DNA of 64,000 nt from an uncultured Nitrososphaeraceae archaeon (GTDB lineage: Archaea; Thermoproteota; Nitrososphaeria; Nitrososphaerales; Nitrososphaeraceae). Position numbers and translations under genes: made by a program. The stretch's first letter is position 1. Every line of letters begins with the position of its first letter. This document shows positions 44,836 to 55,909 of the stretch, piece after piece. The notes below the pieces were generated by a model. That model was not told the origin of the DNA and made no database searches. It saw nothing but the letters and a program-made list of their open reading frames with translations. The stretch is taken from assembly GCA_963825865.1 (NCBI GenBank), contig CAWGVG010000006.1:1-64000 (forward strand), given 5' to 3'.

Positions 44836-45388
44836 CTAACTAACAAAAGTATAGCTACCGTCACTTTTGTATAGTAGGTTAACCTTCATATTGTGCTCAT
44901 TATATGATGAAAAGACTCGCCAATTAGGTGTGTAATTTTTATCTTTGAGTATTGGAAAACGTTCTTCATTATCATAGTAATCTAATTCTTCTTTGGTCCA
45001 ATTTATCCAATATACAGGCGCTGTAGCATTACTTGGGTGTTTTTGCAAGTATTCAATATCTTTTCTTTCAAGTGCTTCATCCCACTTGCGGTCGTATTCT
45101 TCAACCCGTGCACAACGCATATCTTGAAACTTTTCTTCTAGTTCAAAATCTCTTAACTCGATATTTCCTAATCCACTAATTACAGGACTTGACCAAGCGT
45201 TATATCTCCGTTCATCTGGAATAAACCAGACTATTTCCTTCGTTTTCCTTGATAACGGCGTTAATCATATCCCAGTTGCTAGGACCAGCTTTAGAATAGT
45301 CGTCCCATTTAGATACAGAAGGAGAAGACCCACTTAATAGATTCTCAAGTCTTTTTGAAAGATTGTCTAGGAGTTTATCTGTCTTCAT
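44836..45388 (-). pseudogene. Frameshifted paralog of 30556..31143
   Basis: ATG 45388 gives MKTDKLLDNLSKRLENLLSGSSPSVSKWD and continues into ORF 44836..45120. Confidence 0.6.
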
Positions 45389-45391
45389 GGT

Positions 45392-46909
45392 CTATCGAGA
45401 TATTTGATTTGTTAACTGCTGATGTGACTGTCTTTGTTGCTGCAACTGCATCTGATTTTCGACCTCTGTTAGTTTCTCTTCTAAACTTTGCACATACATA
45501 ATTGACGGACCTTCTGATAATAGTTTGAACTGTGCTTCATTGCATTCTTTAGCCAATTTGAGCGCCGCTAATCTTTGGAAATAGCTTACTTGCTGTGCTC
45601 GTCGTCGGTAGACTCATAAATATTCCAACACTCCTTTAACACTTCTCTTATGCCGTCAATACAACTCTTATACATGAAAGGAAGCGTTTCTTTAGCCAGA
45701 TCATTTAAAAAATTCTGAGATTGTGATGTTAAATGCTGAATATCTCGGCTTATAGTCGCTGGTGTAGTGTTTAACTCTTTCGCAATTTCATAACCTTTCA
45801 TTCCTCTAGTTAAAAGAGTCCATATCTTTTGCCTTCGATCTTGGATTACTAACTGTTGTATTACAAACATAGGTAACAATATAGCTTACAGACATAGGTA
45901 ACACTTCTGCTAGGAAGTGGAAATCTCTATAGAAATTAGAACAAAATTCAATCTCATTCATGAACATGAATGGACTGGTAATAGTATTAGCGATATTTGC
46001 AATAAATACGAAATATCTAGGAAGACATATTACAAGTGGAAAAATAGATACATAGAGCACGGAATAGACGGGTTGAAAGACCTATCTAGAATGCCTCATA
46101 GCATCAAAACCAAAGTATCTAAAGAAATAGAAGAAACAATACTTGATTTAAGATTAAAGACCTTTGGTTATAAGTAGAATCAGGTTCAGATTAAAAAGAC
46201 TTGGAGTATCATTGAGCAGTAGAACCATATACAAGACATTGAAAAAACATACTCTCAACGTTCTAAACTGTAAGGTAAAGAATAATAGAAAGTATAAGCG
46301 ATTTGCAATGAAACATCCAAATGACATGCTTCAAATGGATATACTTGGACCATTCTACTTACACTGTTCATAGCACAAGAAATTACATGATAAGTTGTAT
46401 AGATGACTGTTCAAGAAAAGTTGCTAGCAAGTGGTCTGAAAGAAAGAGGAGCATTGATGTTTTGAATGTACTAGAGGAGTGGATTATGGATAACGGAAAG
46501 CCCAGGAAAGTTATGCATGACAACGGTAAGCAGTTTACATCTAAACTATTCAAACACTTTCTATATAAGAATAACATAAAGGATAAACCAATTCCAAATT
46601 CATATCCACAGTTACAAGGAAAGATAGAAGCATATAACAAGATTGTAAAGAATGAGTTCTTGACAGTTGAAGAAATAACAAGTATTGATGATGGAAAACT
46701 AAGGTATGATATGTTTGTCAAAGCATATAATGAAACTAGGGAACATGGTGGAATAAATGGTCTTACTCCTTCTGAAAGGTTTGTAAAAAGGTTAATTAAA
46801 TCTAAGACATATACAAAAAGGAAGCAAGAAAGTGTAACCTATGTAGGTAATCAAAATTGTTACCCATCTGTGTAAGTACAACAACTAACTTGTTATTATT
46901 TGCGCCCAT
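45392..46909 (-). pseudogene. Terminase-small-subunit-like HTH gene, copy 2, interrupted by IS481
   Basis: Start MGANNNK at 46909. The remainder (LVIQDRRQKIW...ELNTTPATISRDIQ) lies on the other side of the IS. Confidence 0.7.
45854..46883 (+). mobile_element. IS481-family insertion sequence, copy 3; transposase frameshifted
   Basis: Ends TGTTGTA...AAGTACAACA. TSD ACTAAC at 45848..45853 and 46884..46889. Nearly identical to copy 2. Confidence 0.93.
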
Positions 46910-47348
46910 TTAGATATTACAGACATTACGTATATTCACTCACAGACTGATAAATTTATTGCAATTCTTAACACCCAATTCTTGCGCTATCCTCAGATTC
47001 AGTCATTGATTGAGATAGTAAAGCATGGGACTTTGACTTGCGCTCTTTATGTCATGGTGATTTTTATATCCTCGACAGGCTGAAGTACACCGGTTCTATA
47101 GCCGCTTTAGGAAATCGTTATCTTATATCTCACAAGCGTTTGCATACAGACTGAATACTGGAACATGCCAAGATCTGATAATCATATAAGATCACTACTC
47201 CAATATATTATCATGGTGAAGGAAATGGAACTATATCAATTATTGGAGACAGCAACGAAACTGGTAATGTCACCGAATTCGGAGTTGCAAACTTCACAAG
47301 GAAGAAACGAATAAGTTTGGCATATCTTTAGTAGTAATACACTGGAGA

Positions 47349-48074
47349 CTATGGGTATAGTATCCGTAACAATCTTTTATCTTCTTTTGAAAGTTTACTA
47401 TTCCTACCTCCTATTTCCCTATGGTTAAGTGTATATTCTCCAGGAATTGGAAAAAGCATTACAGATTCAGGATCAAATTCATACTTGTTTGTAATTGTTC
47501 TACTATATCTTTCAAATATCTTTCGCTCTACCTCTTGCCTACTCCAATTATATGGAGGACCCATGAAATACTTGTAAACTGCATCTTTATCCCAAGGAAT
47601 ATCTGCAGCAGGATTCTGATATTCGTGAATAAGACCTATAGCATGGCCAAAAATATGTAAGACAGTTTTTGAATACTCTTCTGCTGGTGTCTCGGGGGCG
47701 AGCCAACCAAAATTTATCGTTGGTTCATTTTGAGGTATGTCAAGAGCATCTTTACCAATGTAAGACCAAGAACCTTTATCGCCATTCCACCCAAAACCAA
47801 TGCGAATCTCTGAATGTTTTTCATCATAATGAAATTTAAACTTTAGATTAGCATATCTTACCAATTCGTCTGCTATTTCCTGTACCTTTTTTTGTACCAG
47901 GACATCTCCATTCAAAAAACGTATATTTAGAACCTGGCCGCTTTTCCACCATCTTCCTGTAATGACGGCTATGGGAAAAGCAGCTGGTTCAGAGGAGCCA
48001 AATCTGGCTAAAGCATATGGAGAATGTCCTAGTATATCTTTATCAACACAAATCCTAAACACATTCCCTGTCAT
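47349..48074 (-). CDS. Metzincin (M12/astacin-like) protein lacking the catalytic Glu
   Basis: EIRIGF...GSWSYIG, H-I-F-G-H-A-I-G-L-I-H and the Met-turn SVMLF. Confidence 0.85.
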   Translation of the reverse strand: MTGNVFRICVDKDILGHSPYALARFGSSEPAAFPIAVITGRWWKSGQVLNIRFLNGDVLVQKKVQEIADELVRYANLKFKFHYDEKHSEIRIGFGWNGDKGSWSYIGKDALDIPQNEPTINFGWLAPETPAEEYSKTVLHIFGHAIGLIHEYQNPAADIPWDKDAVYKYFMGPPYNWSRQEVERKIFERYSRTITNKYEFDPESVMLFPIPGEYTLNHREIGGRNSKLSKEDKRLLRILYP

Positions 48075-48114
48075 TACTTTAATTTTTCTTTTGCACCATT
48101 ATTATGTATTATCT

Positions 48115-49171
48115 TTAACGAGTCATACGTCGTAATCGTGCTACAAAAAGTGTAAAAGTTAGATAATCTGCAAGCAGTGTAACATATTCCTTTGAATAAG
48201 GAAACCTTTCCATATACGCACGTTTTTCAAATGGTGCATCAAAATAGAGGTTTTTGAATTTGCTGAACTCCTCATCGCAATTCTGATACTCCATGAATTG
48301 CTTAGAATCAATTTCTATAGCAGGGTTATTTTGAAACCACTTCATTACAATATTGATTTGATTATGTAATTCTTTACTCTCACTCTCATTTAGAGAAGGC
48401 AATATTTCATTACGTTCTCTCTCTAAAACAGAGAATCTTTTGATCCATTCCCTCGTTATATCTCGCCATTTCTCAAAGCGTGAATTTATATACTCTCTTT
48501 CGCTAACTGAAAGCCCACTTTCTTCCAATCTTATTACAGACTCTAAGATTTCGATGCCATAGTAATGTCCATAGGTTCCTAGAACACGATGAATAATCGT
48601 GAGGGCATCCTGTAATTTTGAAATCTGTCCAGCATCATCATTCTCATGGATATAATTACCAACAGTTTGTAGCAAAATATAGCATATTATCGAAATAAAA
48701 TAGCATGTCTATGTCTTCTGATGTAATATTGCTAAATCTTGATTTCCAAGAATTAGTTAGATCGGCTATCCTACTTTTACTATCCTCTAATCTTTTAAGT
48801 GTGTCATTAATATTGTTATTTCTCTTTCTAAAAAATATTACCTCATTGATCAAACTATAAAACTCATTCCACATTACTGAGGATTCTTTTATTGATTCTA
48901 ACTGTCTCTCTTTTCGATCTTCTTCTCTTTTTTCAATAATTTTAAAACGTCTTTCTAGTAGGAACAAAAATATAGGAAAAAGGAGACCGGCTGTTAATCC
49001 TTTGAATATATCCGATTCAAAGTATTCCCATACTTGTGTTATAGGCGGTATAGAAGGGTGAGCTTGTTGATAGACAATAAACAATAAGGAGTTCATGGCC
49101 ACAATCAAAACTAAAGGTAAGTAAATCCATAAAATAACAGCAGATGATCGTGAAAGAGTTAACAGAACCAA
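48115..49171 (-). pseudogene. Membrane-anchored hypothetical protein, split into two overlapping ORFs
   Basis: ORFs 48656..49171 (two TM segments) and 48115..48675 overlap by 20 nt. Either one frameshifted gene or two coupled genes. Confidence 0.55.
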
Positions 49172-49832
49172 CTAGAACAATCATTCTTTCATCAAGGCAT
49201 TATTTATCTTTGATTAAGTTATCACATATTGATAAGTATAAGATATGATGACCTATTACAAAAATGGAATGTAATGTATACGTGTCAAGATTAAACAGAG
49301 GTCTAAACGTAATTGGATCGTGGACCTCCTCAAAAATTATATCTTCATCTTCTTTAATTGTTTCCGGTGTTGTCGTGTTACTATCGATATTAGTATTATT
49401 ATGACAAGCTAAAAATTTTGCTATCATTCAATGTTAAAAAATAATGGAAGAGGTGATGGTTGATGCCCTGGACCGCTACCTCGATTTAGTTTAGCAGGGA
49501 TGGCCGTTGAAAGAGCATTGCTCCACATGCTTATCGTGTTCACTTACTGTCGCATGTTGTTCGTTAAACTGGAAGGTAATTGTGTTACCTTTACCCCCCC
49601 CTGAAGGCAAATGCTGGTAGAGAAGGGGTATGCGATTATACTAGATTCTAGCATGGTTAGGAATCATGATTCCAAAGCACACCAAATTCAAAGAAAACAT
49701 GACCCTCCCCTACTTCCAAATTTTCGTAAGCAAGAATATTACAAAAAGAGGTTACAAAATAGCGATTCCTATAAATGAAATCTACCCTATTTCATTCATT
49801 CATTCATTAATAATTAATTAATGAATTCTATT

Positions 49833-50345
49833 CTATTCTATTCTATTCGTAGCAAGACCAGTAGAATATGGCTCTTCCTTAGTATTGGTAGTCTTATGGA
49901 CTGCTCCTGTTCTTAGGTTTGATTCTTTACGTCTACGGTCAAAATACAACCTCCTCGCAAACTGTTGCAATTGAATCGCATATTGCTCGATTCTAGTGAT
50001 ATCATTGATATTCTGACATCTCTTATCATCTGTCATATACTCATACAGTTTATCAAATGGTGCTAACAATTCATCCAAAGTTTCTACTTGGGTAGCAGCA
50101 GTAATGTCATTATTATTGCTATTGCTGTGATATTGTATATTAATCGGATTAATAGGGTTATCTATATCTTCATTTCTTTGAACATACTCTTTTACCAAAT
50201 TGACAACCAATTGGCTAAAGCTGGTAGATATGCCTTCTTGTTTCTTTGCTATTTGCTCAGCCTTGATTAAGGTTTCTTTCTCAGATATTGGGCAGCTAAA
50301 TGACTTTGGAAAATGTAGATTGTCGGTAGTCCGTCCACCTGTCAT
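49833..50345 (-). CDS. Putative ribbon-helix-helix protein
   Basis: KSFSCPISEKETLIKAEQIAKKQEG...SFSQLVVNLVKEYVQR. ATGA overlap with the upstream TOPRIM gene. Confidence 0.6.
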   Translation of the reverse strand: MTGGRTTDNLHFPKSFSCPISEKETLIKAEQIAKKQEGISTSFSQLVVNLVKEYVQRNEDIDNPINPINIQYHSNSNNNDITAATQVETLDELLAPFDKLYEYMTDDKRCQNINDITRIEQYAIQLQQFARRLYFDRRRKESNLRTGAVHKTTNTKEEPYSTGLATNRIE

Positions 50346-51409
50346 TTCTTATATGGGCCACCACGACTGTTGTCTTTGCTGTCTTTTACATCATCATCGT
50401 AAATCTCTTTCTTAACCATATCTTCAAGCTTTGCGCCAATATCTTTCAGGTGCGGATCGTTTTCTACAATCTTCCCAAGTCTATTAAGAATCTCTTTTGT
50501 CTTATCTGCGACATTGATAAAGCCTTTGACATTTTCAAGTTCAGACTTTATCTTTCGTTGCTCTTCAGCCATGAGTGAAGCGACATGCCTGTCAATGTAA
50601 CTATTAAAGGTCCGTATCGCATTGGGATGGTATAATGATAAATCTGGCGAGGATGATATGACACGATTATAATTCCTTTTAGGAAATAATTTAACCAGTT
50701 TATGCATTATATATTCCCATAGCCTTTCGCTGCCAACTGCTGCAAGGACGGCATCTATCTCTACTCTGCTATGTTCTAGAAATTCGATGTCGATATCATT
50801 AAACCTTGAATCGTCTCCATACTCCACTAATTTTCTAACAGGATTTATCTCCTGTGGGAGTGGATGATAAGATACTGCTATTTGTTTATCGTATTTAGAT
50901 AAACCGAAATACTCTAGCATTTCGTCATCAACTCCTAGCCTCGGTATCACTTCTGGAACTTCTGAAGCTATTTTTATTCCACTTGCATCATAATCAGTGA
51001 AGATTGCAACGTGTGCACCTGACTCATTTGATGCTTCAATCAAGTCTTTACCATATTCTGTCAAATGGCCTATTGTGTTAACCAATGCTACGCCATATTT
51101 ATCAGCGTAATCAGTAAGCACTTCAACTATATCCAATTTTTCGATAAAGATAACATCAGTTCCATCTGATGCAAGTGCATTTACGTTATCAAAACTAACA
51201 CTAGTCCATATACCATTATAATACATTGCAGCCCTTGGCGATGCTATTATTCCAAGTGATTCACGTGCTACGCCTAGTTCTTTGCATATGACATTGATTA
51301 ACCTTGTAACATATTTTCTAGTCACCTTAATGCCATACTTCTCCATTATAGGAATAAACAGATACCAGACTGTTGACTGAGTCCATCTGTCTATAGGAGT
51401 AGCGCTCAT
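50342..51409 (-). CDS. Type IIB topoisomerase A-subunit-like (WHD + TOPRIM)
   Basis: TQSTVWY resembles the TxRxxYY helix. RESLGIIASPRA, TOPRIM VIFIEK, G at NTIG, DxD in FTDYDASG and RVEIDA. Confidence 0.75.
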   Translation of the reverse strand: MSATPIDRWTQSTVWYLFIPIMEKYGIKVTRKYVTRLINVICKELGVARESLGIIASPRAAMYYNGIWTSVSFDNVNALASDGTDVIFIEKLDIVEVLTDYADKYGVALVNTIGHLTEYGKDLIEASNESGAHVAIFTDYDASGIKIASEVPEVIPRLGVDDEMLEYFGLSKYDKQIAVSYHPLPQEINPVRKLVEYGDDSRFNDIDIEFLEHSRVEIDAVLAAVGSERLWEYIMHKLVKLFPKRNYNRVISSSPDLSLYHPNAIRTFNSYIDRHVASLMAEEQRKIKSELENVKGFINVADKTKEILNRLGKIVENDPHLKDIGAKLEDMVKKEIYDDDVKDSKDNSRGGPYKK

Positions 51410-52440
51410 TCTATGTCGTCTCCTCCTCCTACTACTTCTACTGCCTTCTTCCGTGCCTTGATAAATTCTGTCAACGCTTCTTTGGCTGACTTTTTCCTAT
51501 CCTCTGGAGCAGTGAATGAACGATGTCTATCATCGGTGCTAAATACATAACCTGCCGCTCGAAATGTCTGTATACCTTCAGCCATCTTCTTTGCAGCCTC
51601 TATGATAACAGATGAAAAAGGTTGTGTGTCAATGCGTGATTTGTCATGTCCGTGGTAATCAATCCTTGGAGATACTAGGTTTGCAACTATAATACATGGC
51701 AGTTTTGTTTTTGCATCCTGATATGCATAGAATCTAAATCCGTAAGCCTGTAGGATATCTACGATGCTGTTGGAGTGAAGACCGTAATCACCATGACTCT
51801 TTTTGGTATCTTGCCATTGATAATCACCGTCAAATTGATTTCCCCTTGGAGAGAATGAATAATTGACACTACCATGGAATTTGGTTCCTATGTCTCTATG
51901 AAGTGCAATGGTGTCGTCATTTAATGGAATGGCTATAATCTCAAAGACAAATGGATACTGCAACAACATGCCGGTGCCTTTCTTATAGGGATAAGTTGTA
52001 CTACCATCGTGACTCCAAACTTTCTTTAAGTCCTTGTCGTTATAGCATCCATGAATTTCTTTGTAGACTGCATTCTTAGTATCCAGAATAATAATACCAT
52101 TTTGAAGATAAAGCTGTTCTATTCTCTTGACTAACGCATACTTTCTTTGTTCAGATTTAATGTTAGCATATGGCAGAGATATCTTCTTCGGTGCGTCTAA
52201 AACATTTTTTAATCCATAATAGAGTGCTTCTATTTTCTTATCCTTATCTTGATCTAAGATTAATTCGGCAACAGATATTTGATTATCAGGACCTTTCTTC
52301 ATGCTACTTCCTTCTCTGAATGTCCGTAACACATCGTAGACTAAGGTTGATTCTTTATCGTGTACACTTGTAATAGCGCTAACGAATTCTTCAGGTTTGT
52401 AGGAATGTATACTTGCTAATTTTGCAATTGACAGTATCAT
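51406..52440 (-). CDS. Type IIB topoisomerase B-subunit-like transducer region (GHKL ATPase part missing)
   Basis: PFVFEIIA, VNYSFSP and IIVANLVSPRIDY..DKSRID resemble the Topo VI-B transducer. No GHKL motifs are visible. Confidence 0.6.
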   Translation of the reverse strand: MILSIAKLASIHSYKPEEFVSAITSVHDKESTLVYDVLRTFREGSSMKKGPDNQISVAELILDQDKDKKIEALYYGLKNVLDAPKKISLPYANIKSEQRKYALVKRIEQLYLQNGIIILDTKNAVYKEIHGCYNDKDLKKVWSHDGSTTYPYKKGTGMLLQYPFVFEIIAIPLNDDTIALHRDIGTKFHGSVNYSFSPRGNQFDGDYQWQDTKKSHGDYGLHSNSIVDILQAYGFRFYAYQDAKTKLPCIIVANLVSPRIDYHGHDKSRIDTQPFSSVIIEAAKKMAEGIQTFRAAGYVFSTDDRHRSFTAPEDRKKSAKEALTEFIKARKKAVEVVGGGDDIE

Positions 52441-52955
52441 TTGTTATAAGGATTCTTCACAATTGGACATGTTGTCCGATTACATACATACTTTATAATC
52501 CACGTTTATCTCTGCATTATAGTGTGCTAGGGTATTGGGTGGTTTGCATTTAGCCAAATTGGCCATTTTGGCCGATTCAGTAGTTCTTGGTTTGAAAATA
52601 TAACTTTACCAAAATTAGGAACATTATGTGGGAAACATAAAAACAAATAAAGTTTTACTTTTAAAAACGGGTAAGAGAGAGACCTCGCTAATCTATCAAC
52701 GGATCAATATCATACTTGGTCTTTAGATCTGCACCTTTTCTAGTTATATGCATCGCACAGTAACCTTTCTCTATCCACTTTAGAATACCTGTAGCAACCT
52801 TTTCTTCCTGTTATCATAGTGCATCTATGAGAATCCGAGTCTGAGATGAGTCCTATTTAATTAAATAGTTTTTCAATGCGAGAATGTCATAACATCAGAT
52901 TGTATATACTTTTGATTATGATCAGGATTTTGACAAACTAAGCAATCAAGAACGA

Positions 52956-53159
52956 ATGAAAATAGCTATTACATGGGTCAGAGCTTATAGATACTATAAT
53001 TGTGAGCCTACTATTAATAATACTAAAGATATAGCAAGCATGTGGGCTCAAAGCATGTTAATGAATGATATGCGAATAAAGGGATTTTCAGATGAGGAAA
53101 TAAAATATGCAATTGAGCGTGTTTATAATCGCAAGAGAGGTAAAAAATACAGAAACTAA
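52956..53159 (+). CDS. Hypothetical protein
   Basis: 67-aa ORF with plausible composition. Confidence 0.45.
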   Translation: MKIAITWVRAYRYYNCEPTINNTKDIASMWAQSMLMNDMRIKGFSDEEIKYAIERVYNRKRGKKYRN

Positions 53160-53420
53160 TTTGAGTAATTGCTTATTTATTCTTCCGATCAGAATAATTT
53201 TAAGATCTCTGACTTATGCTTATTGGAAAGAAAGACCCTGAAAGCAAAAAGATCTGAGAGATAAGGTAAAAGATGACGCTATAGCACATTTATCAGATCA
53301 ACTTTTAGCTCTGTCTACAAGGTTACAAGAACTTGAAAGAAAGGCAGGCAGCTAATACAATAACAATAAAAATGACAACAAAAGAAAAGTTACCTGATTA
53401 TATTGAGCGAAATTACTGCT

Positions 53421-54815
53421 TTATCTAAGGTCTTTCGCAGATGCTTTGTCTTTTGATTTTCGAAGTAAATTGGGGTCTATCATCGATATCTCTCTTAATG
53501 CCTCGTTAATATACTCCCGAACGTTAGATGGTTCAGAAGCTATGGTGAATAGATTATCATTTTGAATTTCATTGTATACTTGTTTGCTGATATTGTCTAT
53601 CTTGTTGGTCACGATGTCTTGCGCCTTCGCATGACCTAAGGAATTTAAAATATCGTAGTCTTTTTGGGGTGATTTTGCAATGATCCTTCGTAGGGAAGAA
53701 TCTGTTGCTATGTAAAGCCCTGCCGAGTCCAAACCAAATATCAAAGAGTATGAGCCTATTATCAAAAAACTCATTGATAAAACACCCCATGGAGGATAGG
53801 GAGTCATTATTATTAGCGAAGAAGCATTTGCGCCAAACAGAAGAATTAAACCTATCCCAGCCATCACTATAGATTTCTTTAGTTGAATATGCGCAATGTT
53901 TCTAGAAAGTACGGCAAATGCAATACCAAACATTATCCCTCCTGCGGTTCTAACTGTGTTTAAGAAAAAGTTGTAGATGTAGGCATACATCGGATTGTCC
54001 TCAACTCCTAACACTCCAAGTAGATCTAGATGTTCTAGAAATGGTATTGTGTATAGGCTTGCAAAGTATACAAGGGGAATGCTTACTATGGTCCAATATT
54101 TTATCCGCCTAGACTTTGAAGCATAATGATATGTCAAAAATACTGTAGCGATCCACAAACTTACAAATGATATGATCCCTATCAATTGGTATGCAGAAAA
54201 TAGATCAGGCGATATTGTTGGAGAGTACGAATTCCATGGACTATATTCAGATGTTATGTAATCTGGTTTTCCTTGAAGGAAGTTGTCAACGTATATGAAG
54301 GTGATAATGCCACTCAATGATAGAACTGCAATAGATATAGAGTAAGCCAGTACAACTTTACTAGGTGAGATCCTGTATGTACGTACTAATCTTGACGAAA
54401 GAATTGCCAATAACACACTGGAGGTAATTAGATTTATCCCTACTACTGTTTCTAACAGATCGACGCTATATTTTGAAGTGAAAATAACCTGGAACAGAAT
54501 TATGACCAGAATGCCAGACGCAGAATATTGGAGTAAGTTCGAGATTACAAGAACACTCTTTCCAAGCCTAGATTTAGATCTTTCTACCTTTATCGATTCC
54601 TTTGTCTTTTTGATCAACATGAATTGTATCATGATGGAAATTAGAACCATTAAACCGAAGACAAATAGGTCAGCCTGTGGAAATATACTGCCAAGAGATA
54701 TCGTAAATGTATTACCAAAGGTTTTATCTAATACCTGAAGGATAACAGCGATAATTGCTACGATTACAATTAAGAAACTATTACGTATGCTACGAGCATG
54801 AAACGGACGTTTCAT
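53421..54815 (-). CDS. Multi-pass membrane protein with soluble C-terminal tail
   Basis: About 10 hydrophobic segments in an intact 464-aa frame. Confidence 0.85.
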   Translation of the reverse strand: MKRPFHARSIRNSFLIVIVAIIAVILQVLDKTFGNTFTISLGSIFPQADLFVFGLMVLISIMIQFMLIKKTKESIKVERSKSRLGKSVLVISNLLQYSASGILVIILFQVIFTSKYSVDLLETVVGINLITSSVLLAILSSRLVRTYRISPSKVVLAYSISIAVLSLSGIITFIYVDNFLQGKPDYITSEYSPWNSYSPTISPDLFSAYQLIGIISFVSLWIATVFLTYHYASKSRRIKYWTIVSIPLVYFASLYTIPFLEHLDLLGVLGVEDNPMYAYIYNFFLNTVRTAGGIMFGIAFAVLSRNIAHIQLKKSIVMAGIGLILLFGANASSLIIMTPYPPWGVLSMSFLIIGSYSLIFGLDSAGLYIATDSSLRRIIAKSPQKDYDILNSLGHAKAQDIVTNKIDNISKQVYNEIQNDNLFTIASEPSNVREYINEALREISMIDPNLLRKSKDKASAKDLR

Positions 54816-55282
54816 TTCACCTGACCCTCGATAATAGATCTCTATGGGAAAACCCCATTTGCTAGTGACGAATGTATTAAGGGTGATATATCATTATCGG
54901 GTTTATAAAAACCTCTTCAATATCATAAGTCAGTTTATGCAGTTGTAGGCTAGCATCCCAACGACAATTCCTTGTTATGTGTTCTAGTCAATCTAGACAT
55001 AAGATGTTCCTACAAAGAAACATTTAGTAACACTAATTACAATAAAGGATGAAATCATTTTTTCAATTAATTGCTAATTCCGTCTGTAAACTTCTGCAAT
55101 GCTGTAAAATGAGATATACGTTACGTTGCTACGGATAATAATAAGTAATGTACACCGATTAACCACCTGACAAACATTCTATAACTCTAACAGTATTAAT
55201 ACAATGGTTTCTATAGAGCAATCATATTCCTTGCCTTTAAATCCTTAATAATGGGCCGATTCATAATAGAAGGCCATATAAA

Positions 55283-55909
55283 TTGAAAGATGCCTTGATT
55301 TCGGTTTGTCTGATTATAATCATTTCATTAATAATTTTGACGCCATCTTACATTAATGCTTCTAGTAATGCTCCAGTGCTCTTCCGAAAGGGTTCTTCAC
55401 CTTATGGGACACCTTATTTAGAGTGGCTCAAGAACTGGTGGCAGTGGTGGATAAGCATCCCAAATAATGAGCATCCATTTCCAAACTATGATTCCAAGAC
55501 ATGCTCAGTTCATCAGCAAGGCCCAGTATGGTTTCTACCTGACGTTGAGCCACAAGGTCAACTAACACATGCCTCAGTGAAGTATTCATGTGAAATTCCA
55601 AAAGGTAAGGCAATATTCTTTCCTCTCTCACAGTCCTCCTGCTGGTTAGGTAACCCAGAATTTAAGAAATATAGTAACAAGTTGGCACCTAACCCTCAGG
55701 CCGATCAAGAGCTTAAAACATGCGCTGTTTCACCCCAGGATTTTAGTCATTCGGTCGTTCGTCTAGATGGAATAGATTTAGATCCAACTAAATTAGATAG
55801 GGTTACAACAAGTTTTTACAATGTAACAGTACCACCCAACGCTGTTAAAGATCTCTTTGACTTTGGACCTCCTGGCACATCTAGAGGAATAGCTGATGGA
55901 TATGTATGA
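55283..55909 (+). pseudogene. Secreted protein (WWQWWISIP/GPVWFL type), apparently 3'-truncated
   Basis: Signal peptide, then SPYG..Y.EW...WWQW, C...Q.GPVWFL and IPKGKAIFFP. Stops abruptly at ADGYV against a convergent ORF. Confidence 0.7.

Noticed and set aside
50342-51409. Wadjet (JetABCD) system suggested by the TOPRIM DxD domain
   Set aside because: No SMC-like JetC or JetA/JetB is nearby. The upstream ORF looks like a Topo VI-B transducer.
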